64,000 bases of DNA from Cenococcum geophilum (lineage: Eukaryota), in NCBI GenBank assembly GCA_050273025.1, contig CP158635.1, positions 25,668,001-25,732,000 on the forward strand, given 5' to 3'. Within the stretch, counting starts at the first letter, position 1. Each line of letters starts with the position of its first letter. A program made the position numbers and the translations under genes. This document shows, piece after piece, positions 1-11,625 of this stretch. The notes under the pieces are model-generated. The model did not search any database. It saw only the letters and a program-made list of their open reading frames with translations, and was not told the origin of the DNA.

Positions 1-2307
1 CTCTGGTTCCTAATCTAGTGCCTAACCTTAATAAATTAGAGCTTTTAGGTCGCAAGGTTTAATACTAATAAGACCTATAAGCAGGGCTAGAGGCTCCTAC
101 TATGCGGCAAATACCTCTCTTTAAGCAATTAGCTAGTTTTATTATACGCAGCGCCTTTCCTACTCTATTTCCTTATAGTAAAGCCAACTTTAATATACTA
201 CAAAGCCATATAGTTACCCTAGCTGCGTACGCCAAGCATATACTTAAGTATTAGGACGGTCGGTTTAGCCACTATCCCTTATTTCGCTACTATATGTTTA
301 ATTAAATTATAAAAAAGTAAGCCCTTAACACCACCCGCTTCCTTTATAGCCGATTAAATAAAAATAGTCTATCTTTAGATAAGCTCGGTAATCTTATAAA
401 TAGTAGTAAGGGTAACTAGATTCTAAATAAGATTATATAGTATATATAGAAGCTTAAGGGCACTAGGCCTTACTAGAAGCAGAAGAGAAATAAGCTTATA
501 GCTTATACTAAAAATATTAAGAGCGGGTCTCTATTCTTTACACTTAGCGCTACTAATCTATATTAGTATAATCTACACTCTTATATACCTTAATTTAATA
601 AATATAAGGCTACTAATAAGGCTTAGCGCTACCGAATTACTTCTTAGAATCTTAACAATAATTTACATATTGCTGCTTACTAGCTGCATTGCCGCTTTAA
701 TCTATTTAGGAAGCACATGCTTATAGGTCTATTTAATAGCACTAACTTTTAGTCCTAATATAAGTGGTAGGTATAAGGTAGCGGCTATATACATAGCTTC
801 TTATAGAGTTTAATAGCCCTAAGGCTAGATCCGTTAACTAGTAAATTAAGGACGGCTTTTACTAAACACTAGGCTACTTTTATATCTATAATAAATCCTA
901 ATCAATCTAGGCCTCCCAATCTTTAATATCCTTTTACTCTTAGCTATAAAGAACAGCTTAATACTAGTAAGCTTCTTACTACCTGCCTTAATTAATTTTA
1001 ATAGCACCGTAATTATACTAAATCTTACTGCTTAAGATTAAAGAAAGGCTCCGCTAAAGCGAAGGAGTGCCGCTTTTACTTTTTACGCTCTCTCTGCAAT
1101 AAGGCCGCTGTATTAAAGGATTAAAATCTATATCACTAGACGTTCTATCCACAGCGTAACAATGGGCTTCTTAATAGCTATAATTCAGCTATAATACTAG
1201 CGTAGATAGCAAATATTAATACATCGCCCGCTATAAGCATATTAGTAATAGTTAACTATATAGGCAAATATTGTAGCAAGAAAGAGAAGAAGTTAACTTC
1301 CTACTAGGAGTTACTCTAATTAATACAGCCGCACGCCAACAGTCTTTATACCTTTAGTTTAATAGTAGCTAAGTTTATAAATAAGCTTATTACTAAACGC
1401 GATTAGTTAGCATAGAAGGTATACTATTTACTTCTTAATATTCCCCTTTCTAAAGGCTTAAGGAATGTAGTAACTTTAAACTACCACTAAAAGGATAATT
1501 AAAGCGCTATATATAAGCTTAAGGATAGGCAACTAAAAGGGTACGGACTATCTAACTATAAGAAATATAAGCGCCGCCTAAATAGGGTAGAGGACGTTAC
1601 TTTCCTTAATTTTCTACTCTATTTTAATTACTTTACTTATAAGCGTTAACTAAGAGCAAGGCCTTAAGTTATATTATACTTTCCGCGATATAAAGGCGAT
1701 CCTTCCTATCTATAGTATCCTAAGTTCTACCATATAAAGCTTATTCTTTATCATCTATAGAAGGAGTATAAGGAAGTGGCTACTTATACTAATAGATTTG
1801 GGGCCCTTAATTATATAGCTTCCTATTAGGCTTATATTAACTCTTATTAGTATCTACCTAACTACTTCTATAATCGGAAACTAGAGGAAGGTTATAAAAC
1901 TGCTAATAATATTAACAAGTTTAAGGGCGATTTCGCAGACGACTTAAAGCTATACTAGTCCTTTAAGGCCCTATATACCCGCGTTTAAAATACTAATAGA
2001 GTTAAAATTAAGGATCCTAACAGGCTTAGTAATAGGGAGCTTAATTATAACTATAATTAGAGTACGCATTAGGGTACATACCCGCAGCTTAATAAGAGGA
2101 CTTATTAGCAGAAAGTATGGCTACAGCCTCTACTATAAAGCCGCCTATCCTAAATAGTAACTCCGTCCTCCTTATAACTAGGTTACGTCAGGAAAACGGG
2201 AGAGTGGTAGGGGCTAGCTAGGGGCTGGCCCGGGGCTGGCCCGGGGTCATTTTAGCTGGATCCGCTGATCTGCTCATGTACACTTCTTTACGCTAGCCCC
2301 AGGCCCC

Positions 2308-2378
2308 ATTAGCAACATTAGCAACATTAGCAACATTAGCAACATTAGCAATATTAGCAATATTAGTAATATTAATAA
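2308..2378. repeat. 9-bp tandem repeat (ATTAGCAAC)n inside the MITE
   Basis: Directly visible; decays to ATTAATAAT. Confidence 0.9.
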
Positions 2379-2604
2379 TATTAACCCCAAAAATTATAAT
2401 ATATCTTTTTACTATAATAGTTATAATATTTTCTATAACTGCAATATTTATATAAAAATAATAATAAAATTTAAAATTTAAAATTTGGGTATTAAGCAAT
2501 TAATTAAAATAAGTGGGAAGCCTCTTGCAGAGGCTCTAAATCGTCAATTAGCGATATTCCTAACGATCCACCGGCCGTGTACTGATTTCCTAACTAGGCC
2601 TAGC

Positions 2605-2795
2605 ACCCGCCTACCCGCCTGCCTGCCTACCTACCTACTTGCTTACCTGCCTGCCTACCTACCTGCTTGCTTACCTGCCTGCCTACTTGCCTGCCTACCT
2701 GCCTACCTACCTGCCTGCCTACCTGCCTGCCTATACCTACCTATCTGTGCCTACCTGTCTATGCCTACCTGTCTATGCCTACCGTCTATATCTGT
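2605..2795. repeat. (CCTR)n tetranucleotide-type microsatellite inside the MITE
   Basis: CCTG/CCTA run; explains the LPAC/LPAY ORF 2485-2808. Confidence 0.9.
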
Positions 2796-2904
2796 CTATG
2801 GTATCTAATTCAATTTAATTCGCTAGCGGGCTGATATCAAAACTCTGGTTTGATTCGATCGATCGATTAAGTCGTTCGTGGTGTTGCTGACTGGTTGTTC
2901 GAAC

Positions 2905-3400
2905 GATCGTCGTCTGGTCCTAATAACGGTCGTCCTGATGACGGTCGTCCTGATGACAGTCGTCTGGTTCTAACGACGGTCGTCTGGTTCTAGCGACGGT
3001 CGTCTGGTCCTAATAACGGTCGTCCTAATAACAGTCGTCTAGTTCTGGCGACGGTCGTCTGGTCCCGATGACGGTCGTCTGGTTCTAACGACGGTCGTCT
3101 AGTTCTGGCGACGGTCGTCTGGTCCTGATGACGGTCGTCCTGATGACGGTCGTCTGGTTCTGGCGACGGTCGTCTAGTTCTGGCGATGGTCGTCTAGTTC
3201 TGGCGACGGCCGTCTGGTTCTGGCGACGGTCGTCTGGTCCTGACGACGGTCGTCTGGTCCTGATGACGGTCGTCCTGATGACAGTCACCTAGTTCTGGCG
3301 ACGGTCGTCTGGTTCTGGCAATAATCATCTGGTTCTGGCGACGGTCGTCTGGTTCTGGCAATAATCATCTGGTTCTGGCAATGGTCGTCTGGTTCTGGCC
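2905..3400. repeat. Minisatellite of 21-bp (GACGGTCGTCTGGTTCTGGC.) and 15-bp variant units inside the MITE
   Basis: Directly visible, more than 20 units; core GACGGTCGTC is near-palindromic. Confidence 0.92.
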
Positions 3401-3704
3401 ACAGTCCTCTGCTAGCTGCCGTTGTAGTGCCTCCCTAGGTAGAGAGGATGGAAGGAAGGGTAAAAAATAAGTGGTATTTAGGTGTACAAGGGGTATGCAA
3501 AGACACAAAGAGGCTGCCGGGAATATAGTGGGGACCCGATAGCACTGTGGGCCGCTATCAGGACGATTAAGATAACTAGGAAAATCAAAGTCCTACTAGG
3601 AGCCTGCTAGGAAGCCTGCTAGGAGCCTACTAGGAGGCCTTTAGGATTTTAATACCCTAATAGCAATAAACGCAATAATAGTAATAATATTTATTTTATA
3701 GCCA

Positions 3705-3890
3705 TAAGCTAGCATAATGCTAGCGTATAGCTCTAGGGCCTAGCTAATATGACAGAAAGCTGGCGTAGAGCTCTAGGGGGTTAGCTAATATAGCGGAAAG
3801 CTAGCGTAGAGCTCTAGGGGGTCAGCTAATATGGCGGAAAGCTAGCGTATAGCCCTAGGGGGTTAGCTAATATGGCGGAGAGCTAGCCCT
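3705..3890. repeat. ~41-bp tandem repeat (~4 copies) near the right TIR of the MITE
   Basis: Unit AGCTAGCGTAGAGCTCTAGGGGGTTAGCTAATATGGCGGAA. Confidence 0.85.
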
Positions 3891-5989
3891 GGGCCCTAAA
3901 AACACTTTTAGCGAAACTAAATTTCGTACGCCACCCCCCGTTTTCCTGACGTAGCGTTATATTTATAATATTATAGTTAATTACTACAGGCAGATCTAAG
4001 TAGGCGTTAGCCCCTCCCTATTATAGATTAACGTTAATAGAGAGGTAGGAACTAGTAAATCACATCTTATTACTATCCTCTCTACTACGCTCTATAATAT
4101 AGTAAGGGCTAATAGCAAGCTAATACCATTAGCTTAAGCGGCCCCTACTAGGGTAGCTGCCTTTAATATTAACGGTAGAACTATATATAATCTATTAAGG
4201 TTGCTAGTAAATTACCCATTTAAGGACTTACCTACTACCAGTCTTACGCCTCTATAATAGGCTTTTAAGAATATTTACTATCTCGTCCTTAATAAGAAAT
4301 CTATAATTAGGCAAGTACATCTAGCTTAGATCAATCGCCACCTCTATTAGATCTACCCTATATATAATAATAACTACTTTAAAGGCTTAAACATCTTACT
4401 AATAGGCAATTTCCATTAGCTTCCCCCTAAAAATTAGGCGGCCTTATATAGCAATCTATTTACTAGGCTGTTAGAGCTTACTAGCTATAAAAAAGAAGCC
4501 TATAAGGCAATTAACCAAACTGCTATTCTAGATTAAGTTATGCGGTAGGGTAGTAATAACGCTAAGAGCTTTGTATTTAGGACTGCCCTTATAAAGCTAC
4601 GTAGTAATTCTATAAGTAAATTAACCTAAAAGTTTCTTTTAACTAGGTATAAGCAGGGCCTATCCACTAATAAGGTTACGGGCTTTAATAACGCAATTCG
4701 GTTATATAGCATACGCGCTACTATAGGTAAGTATAACACTACTTAGCTTCGCAACCTTTTACAGCCAGTAGTGGCTATTAAGTTAGTTAATACTAGTATA
4801 GGTATACAGAAAGTCACTCCTAATTAGTGTAATACTATAGAGAATTTATCCCTATATATTAGCGTAAAAGTAATACTAATATAGAATATCTGGATTAAAC
4901 TAGGCTTGGTAAACGGTACTACTAGTATAGTTAAAGATATTATATAGAAGGAACACGCGGATATTAAAAAGGATCAGCCTTAGTTACGACTAATTATAGT
5001 AAATAGGTATAATGGACCTACCCTATTCACTTAGTAGGATAGTAAGAAAGTTATCCCTATATTTTCCGTGCTTTATAAGTAAAAGGGTATAAAAGGCTCT
5101 TATTTACGGCGTTAATTTCCAATTACTCTAGCTTTTACTCTTACCGTATATAAAAGCTAGGGCCTAATACTTAACTAGGTAATTCTAGATATTAAGAAAA
5201 AGGATAAAATAGCCGGGCTAACCTATATAGCAATCTCACGAGTTAAGAAGCTTTTAGGGCTTATATTTAAATATAGGTTTAATATAAAACAATTTCAGTT
5301 ATCTATAAGTAAGACTAAAGAGGTATAATAAGAAGATTTTATACAGAGGCAGTAGCAACTACTTATAAACGACTTTTCCTAATTAGGAAATTATATACTA
5401 GCTTAGAGGTAAGCGGAGAATACGGCATTTATCTTAGTTTCCTAACTTTTAAACAGCTTAACCACAAAATCCAATTTTTTAAATTTTAACCCCCCTATCT
5501 ATTCTACCTTCTTACCGCTTCTAGAGCTATTAGATATACATATAATAGTATATAAGGAAAATTAGCAATATTACCGGATTAATATTACTGCTATCTATAG
5601 CGTTAATTAATTTTTAGAATTTTTAAATTTTTTTTAAAGGGCGGAAATATCGCTTATATAAGAAGTTATATAACCTCTAAGAATACTTAGGACCGTATAT
5701 TAGCAGCCATAACTTCTCTACACTATAGTTAAGATTTTATATATACTGCACCTGGAGCTGCTTATAATAACTATTACCTATAAATCTACCAATTTACAAA
5801 TTAAAAATTAGACATAGTTAGAGCTATTAGTAGGGGTTATTAATCGCGCTCCCTATAATAAAATTTTAGATTTTGGTAATCTAAACTAATAAATTAAATT
5901 AAAAGTTTAGAACGTCTAAATAAGGTTTTACTAAAACGCTAGCTAAACCCTAACCTAAACCCTTCCTAACCTATTAAATTCTAAAAATA

Positions 5990-6361
5990 ACAACCTCTAC
6001 TAAATTAAAAATCAACCTTATCCTTAACAAGCCATCTAATTAGATTTAATAGTTCTTTATTATTTAAGACATAGCTAAAACTAACGAGGTATAGCAGTAT
6101 ATTAACCTATTTAAGAAGAAAGACGATCTTCTAAAGCTAGAACTATTAAGTCGGCCTATACTAAGGGACATACTACCTATAGCTATATTAATAGCAAAGC
6201 TAGACCCAAACTAGCTTACTACCTATAACTAGCTCTACGCCAAATATAAGGACAATCTACGTATATACTAGAAGTAAAAACAGGCTATAAACAATATTAA
6301 TAACTATATTATTTACACTATATTAGTAGCCTACCTTTTACTTATTAATAGCCTTAGTAGT
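5990..6361 (+). mobile_element. Ty1/Copia gag N-terminal fragment (RIPed), apparently continuing at ~10864-10920 after the Crypton
   Basis: De-RIP 'AETNEVWQYIDP' resembles the fungal Copia gag start (W.YIDP); 'EVLIKLK...P.NR.R' just after 10863 resembles the next gag segment. Confidence 0.55.
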
Positions 6362-6504
6362 TAGTTACATTAAATATTTAAGGCGTCTCTACTACTATAG
6401 TAGCCACTATAGTAATAGAGACACCCCATATTTTAGTAAGTAATTAAGCCCATCTTATATAAGAATCTTATACTATTAGTACTTACTAAATCACATACTC
6501 GCAG

Positions 6505-7240
6505 GGCCTCCTCCTATCTATAAATACTCCCTCCTCTATACTTTTCTCTCTTCTTCTTTCTTCTTCCTTATAAGAGCTAGAGGTGCTCTAATACCCCTCC
6601 CTAGTCCCCACTAAGGGATTTATTAGTTGACGTAGTAATATAAACAGTATTAGACAATAAGATAGGCGAGAGAGGATAGGAAAGACAGAGGAGCCTCTAG
6701 TATATATTAGTTAAGCAATATTACTAGCTATATTATAGCTACCTAATCTCCTATACTTGCTGGCCTCCTCCCATCTATAAATACTCCCTCCTTTATACTT
6801 TCCTTTCTTTTTTTCTTCTTCCTTATAAGAGCTAGAGGTGCTTTAATACTCCTCCCTAGTCCCTACTAAGGGATCTATTAGTTAATATAGCGATATAAAT
6901 AGCATCTAACGAGGAGACGGGTAAAAGAGGAGATAGGAAGGACGGAGGGGCGTCTAGTAGGTGTTAGTTAAGTAACGTTAATATCTATATTATAGCTACC
7001 TAATCTCCCGTTTATAGGCCTCCTCCTATTTATAAATACTCCTCCTTTATACCTTCCTCTCTTCTTCTTTCTTCTTTCTTATAAGAGCTTAAGGCGCTCC
7101 AATACCCCTCCCTAGTCTCTATTAAGCGATCTATTAGTTAATATAGTAATATAAATAGCATCGGACAAAGAGACAGGTAAGAGAGAAGATAGAAAGGACG
7201 GAGGAACCTCTAGTAGGTATTAATCGAGCAATATTAACGG
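6505..7240 (+). repeat. Three direct copies of a ~256-bp unit upstream of the Crypton ORF, each with TATAAATA followed by a pyrimidine tract
   Basis: GGCCTCCTCC.AT.TATAAATACTCC starts at ~6505, ~6762 and ~7017. Confidence 0.9.
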
Positions 7241-7489
7241 CGGTTTTTGTTACCTAAAAATTGCGTTATATAATAATATTTAGGAACGTAAATATATACC
7301 TCTATCCCATATTTATACCACTACTAAATATTCTAGATTTTATACTTAAAGCTACTTATAATAGGCATTTCTAAAAGATCTGCCGATTTAAAGCTCTATA
7401 ATTAAACGTTATTAATGTTTTATATAGGGGTCGTTAATTAAGCTCCCGGGATATAATTTTTAAAGTTTAATACTATACTAATATTACAA

Positions 7490-10400
7490 CCTTCTTACAG
7501 TAGCTAAGCCACCCCTAATCTCTACCCCCTCCTCCTCCCTCCCATTACTCGGCGCTAAGCTATTATATTATTGCCGAGCTATCGCGTTATTATACGTCTA
7601 AACTAGGTAGGCAATAACGTAGTTACTTAATTATATTAGACGTCTCTATATATAGTTATATCTCTTCCTATACGCGTATTTAATTAAGTTAAGGTAGTAG
7701 ACTTACTTTAATTCTAGCTATGCGGCGATTTAGTTATTAGGCATTAAAAATATTTAGTATATAAAGCTTTAAATTAGAATTATAATCTACTATATCAGAT
7801 CCTACGTAGAGGGCTCTATATTAAAGCTCTGCAGTCTAAATATATACTAGATTCATAACTAATATAATTCTTAAGCCTAGCTTAAGTAGGGCGCCTTAGT
7901 TACTATAGTAAATCCTTACCTAGCAGTAACTAAGGCGCCTTAATCTTACTACTACTTCTAAATTAAGTAAAAGCTCTATATAGGGGGGTCATAGGGGGTC
8001 TCCCCCTGGAAAACCTTATCTCTATATATATTAATTAAAGTCTATATAATAAAGCTTTAAAATTAATTAGCTTATTACTTATAAACTTCGGTTAAAATTT
8101 ACATTAGGGGATTAACGTTCCGCATGTTATATTTCCCCTATTACCTCTTATAAATATAGAATCTTTTAAGAATCTTCTTACCTTATAGTTTACTTTACGG
8201 CTAAAGGAACCCCCCTAGCCTTCTCCCCCTATAGCCTATAGAGCGAATTTAAGGCCTAAATAGTGCGGCTATAAGATATTTATAAGGCCTAGCGCTTAAA
8301 GAATACTATAAGAGCGTATAAGCTAAAGTAAAAAGAGTGGGAAGACTAGTATATAAGACTAGAAGGCAATACGGACGGCGCCTAGGTAATAGAAGATAAG
8401 CTTTGCCTATTTTTAGAGTAGTAAGTTATTAACTAAAAATTATAGGCCGCCAGCTATTAAAAACGCAAGTTAAAACGGAAAGAGATATAGAAAAATAGCG
8501 AGTGGGTAAAGAAGACATAAAAGACAGCTAAGCGGGTAGGAGGGTAGCTATAGCCGCAGCTATAGGGGAGGAAGCTATAAAGGACGAGGAAGGGGAGATA
8601 TAGGATAATAAGGCCTTAGACGCCCTATTTAACGAGATAGTTTAATATTTAGTTATAAATAGCTATGTCTCCGCTATTACCAAGCTTTATATATAGTAGT
8701 TAGAAAATAAGACCTCGTAGCCGCTATAGGAGGCGAAATTCTTAGCGATACTAAATAGTATCCGCTATAATAAGAACTATATTTAACGCGTTAAGTTTAT
8801 TAATTAAGGCCTGTTTATAATTACTAGCGGCTATAACTTTAAAGGGCTTAAAAAGGTAATTATTTAGTACTAAGAGACGGGCTCTAAGATACTGGGTTTA
8901 GTTAAGTCTTATCTTTAAACAATAGCCGAGTATTTATTAGATTTGTATATTACTAGTCTATATAGCTGCTATTTTTTAACCTATTTCTTAGGCCATACTA
9001 CTATTATTTAGGGTAAAAGTAGATAGGACGTTTAACTTACTAACTTTATTCTTATTAAACTAGATAAGCTAGCGCTGTATATAATTATATTGATAATATA
9101 AGGGAAGTAGAATTAGTATAGTAAGGTTAAGTATATAGGCTCTATGCGCAATACTAACCCTATCCTCTACCCTATCTCTATAATACCCTTTTACTTTTTT
9201 AATCGCTAGGGTAAGAATAGCGCTAAAAGCTTCCTATCCTTTTAGTAGCTAGAGGACTACTATAATCTATATATCTTCTCTAGTAGTATTAAAGTACCGT
9301 AACGGCCATTAAGCTATTATATATAGTTTAAATAAAATTAGAAGATATTTTAGGGGGTAAGGATTTACTTAAAAGAAAAGACCTATAGTACTTATAAGTA
9401 GAGCGTCTGGTATACTAAGCTTAGCGGCGGTAAGGAGACCTAAATTAAATAGACTGGACGCTAAAATATAGACGCGATAACGGGAGCCTACCTTAGCTAT
9501 CTACCCTATATATTTATATAGTTAATTACTGGCTTCCTAAAGGAAGAAAAGGGCTACTTTCTCCTCTATACGCGGGAGGTGCTAAAGAAGGCCCTTTGTT
9601 TAAAGATATAGCCTAAAACTAATATTTAGCTAAAATATATAGAGACCTACTACCTAAATAGGGCCAATAATAAGGTTATATAGCTTAACTTTATAAGCTT
9701 AGGATTTCTACGCCTCCTCTACGCGCTTAGGGTAATCTTATTATAGGACTTAGTAATCCTATATAAGCAGCTCCTGCTCTACCCCCTATATAAGGACTCC
9801 TTTTTTTAGCTATAAGGAGTACTAGAGGGTTACTATATAGATAGAAAGCTTACTAGCGAATATAGTTATACTAAATAAGCTAATAATGCGGAAATACTAG
9901 TCCGCCTATAAGGCCGTAGCTAAGCTAAGATATAAGGCTATAATCTTAGAGATTAAAGAGGTTTAATTATACGTGTTAATAAAATAAAAAGGTTATTAGT
10001 ATTATTTGTACTTATACCTATATAGATTTAGTAAGGAAAGATAGGCATCTAAATAAGGCCTATAGAGTTTGTATATCCACCTTTAGGCAGGCCTATACCG
10101 TCTACTATAATATTAACTATATCCACGCTACCTACTTAGCTATTTACTATATCCACACCGCCTACTTAGCTATTTGCTATATCTATACCACCTACTTAGC
10201 TATTTGCTATATCTGTACTACCTATTTAGCTATTTACTATATCCGCATCGCCTACTTAGCTATTTACTATATTTATACCGCCTATTTAGCTATCTACTAT
10301 ATCCGTGCTACCTCCACTAGTATAGGTATAAGTAGATACTTAACTACCTTTCCTATTTATCCTTAATTTATAGGCGCCGCTAAGAAAATATAAGATGCTT

Positions 10401-10670
10401 TAGGGTGGTAATTTGGTATTCTAGCTTTAGGCTAAGTGAACTTTAGGGTTAGTAGATAGGCTGTTAATTAAAGCTCTTAATCGCTGCTAGGGGGCGCACT
10501 AGCGGGTTAATAGCGAGGCTATATTCTACAGCCGTTACTATAGGATAATTAAATATATAAAATGGCGCGTAGAAGACGGTATGGTAAGAGGTAAGAGATA
10601 GGCTATTAACTAGCTAAAGCAGCTACAAGGCTGGCGTTCTTTAGATCAGCTTTATAAGAATACCTAAATA
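7490..10670 (+). pseudogene. Crypton tyrosine recombinase (NDC10-II-like) with C-terminal GCR1_C domain
   Basis: De-RIP motifs 'KNTARAYEPKQKEWEDWC' (~8295-8355), 'VTEDKLCLFLEQQVI', 'SYVSAI', 'QGKQNQ.GKVEY.GSMRN.DPILCP' (~9095-9175), 'QIRRAGRWN.DAMTGAYLS.LP' (~9440-9510), GCR1_C 'LWAEWTLGL.GRPSI.ALDR.WGA.WR...FYSRR' (~10420-10545). Start position approximate. Confidence 0.9.
10116..10320 (+). repeat. 30-bp in-frame tandem repeat (~7 copies) in the Crypton linker
   Basis: Unit TATTTACTATATCCACACCGCCTACTTAGC. Confidence 0.9.
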
Positions 10671-10677
10671 GCTATTT

Positions 10678-10805
10678 TACTATAGTAACTAAGACGCCTT
10701 AATATAGAACTGTACTATAGTGACCGAGACGCCTTAATATAGGACTATACTATAGTAACTAAGACGTCTTAATATAGGACTGTACTATAGCGACTAAGAC
10801 GCCTA
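10678..10805. repeat. 35-bp tandem repeat (~3.6 copies), Crypton 3' subterminal
   Basis: Unit TATAGTAACTAAGACGCCTTAATATAGRACTGTAC; an inverted copy of the core lies at ~6380-6400. Confidence 0.85.
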
Positions 10806-11044
10806 TTACGTAGAAATGGAATACGTTTAAGTGTTTTAAATTTAGAGTAATATTACGTAACTGCCTAGAAGTACTAATTAAACTTAAATTATATACCTTT
10901 TCGCCTAAAATCGCGTACGAGGGTACTTAGGGGTAGTTGCTGCGTGACCTTATATAGGGTTTAGGCGTATTATTAGTAGGGGTGGCCCTAACCTCGTATT
11001 AACCTAGGTCGTAACCGTGCTAAATAACCCCCCCTAATATGTAA

Positions 11045-11625
11045 TAGATACTAGCTATCTAGCAAAAAGGTGACCGCGTTAACGTAGCTTAAATTGCCTA
11101 TAAGCGTATTATGACAAGACCCTATCGCCGCCTTTTATAGCTAGATAGTGTTATTACTTAACCTAAACGCTACTAGCTAGCTATCCGGCAAAAAGGCGAC
11201 CGCATTAACGTAGCTTCAATGGCCTATAAGCGTGCTATAGTAAGACCCCATTACCACCTCCTATAGCTAGACGGTATTATTGCTTAATATAGATACTACT
11301 AGCTAGCTATTCGGCAAAAAAGTAACCGCGTTAACCTAGCTTAAATAGCCTGCGAGTATACTACGATAAGACCCTATTACCGCCTCCTATAGCTAGATAG
11401 TATTATCGCTTAACATAGACGCTATTAGCTAGCTATTTAGTAAAAAGGTAACCATGTTAATATAGCTTAAATATCCTATAAGCGTACTGCGGCGAGACCC
11501 TATTACTGCCTCCTATAGCTAGATAGTATTATTGTCTAATATAAACACCACTAACTAGCTATTTAGTAAGAAGGTAACCGTGCTAATATAGCTTAAATAG
11601 TCTTTAAGCGTACTATAGTAAGTGT
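11045..11625 (-). repeat. 126-bp (42 aa) WD40 tandem array, ~4.6 copies
   Basis: CTAGCTAT....AAAAAGG anchor at 11051, 11177, 11303, 11429 and 11555. Confidence 0.93.

Larger units (their letters stand above)
2186..3951. mobile_element. Non-autonomous TIR DNA transposon (MITE-like, 1766 bp) with TA target-site duplication
   Basis: Left end TA|CGTCAGGAAAACGGGAGAGTGG, right end CCACCCCCCGTTTTCCTGACG|TA (15 bp perfect, ~22 bp imperfect TIR). Removing the element plus one TA restores the Helitron reading frame. No transposase inside. Confidence 0.92.
1..5385 (+). mobile_element. Helitron RepHel gene (Rep endonuclease + PIF1-like helicase), RIP-inactivated, 5' end outside window, interrupted at 2186-3951
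   Basis: De-RIP translation gives Rep motifs 'YAKHMLKYQDGRFG.HP.FRYY' (~225-300), 'YEWQ.RGSGHIHGF' (~755-805), 'Y.GKYCSKEEK' (~1255-1290), and PIF1 motifs 'INVDGEAGTGKSHLI' (~4025-4070), 'AAPTGVAAFNINGRT', 'LVLDEKSMIG', 'GDFHQLPP', 'RRQFPITLAFALTVHKSQGL', 'TYVAISRVK' (~5220-5250). Confidence 0.93.
6362..10863 (+). mobile_element. Crypton (CryptonF-type tyrosine-recombinase transposon), RIP-inactivated
   Basis: Contains the recombinase ORF below. Ends inferred from interruption of the gag fragment and from inverted end motifs (TAGTTACATTAAATATT at 6362 vs AATATTACGTAACTG ending 10863). Confidence 0.75.

Noticed and set aside
2293..3288. ORF-track entries 2293-2499, 2485-2808 and 3085-3288
   Set aside because: Translations of the 9-bp, CCTR and 21-bp tandem repeats inside the MITE.
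5944..5972. Telomere-like AACCCTAACCTAAACCCT
   Set aside because: At most two imperfect units; probably RIPed Pro/Asn codons or leader sequence.
10919..11034. Possible tiny Mutator-like element (GAGGGTACTTAG...CTAAATAACCCCCC)
   Set aside because: Inverted match is weak and no TSD; the flanks belong to different elements, so a deletion junction is equally likely.
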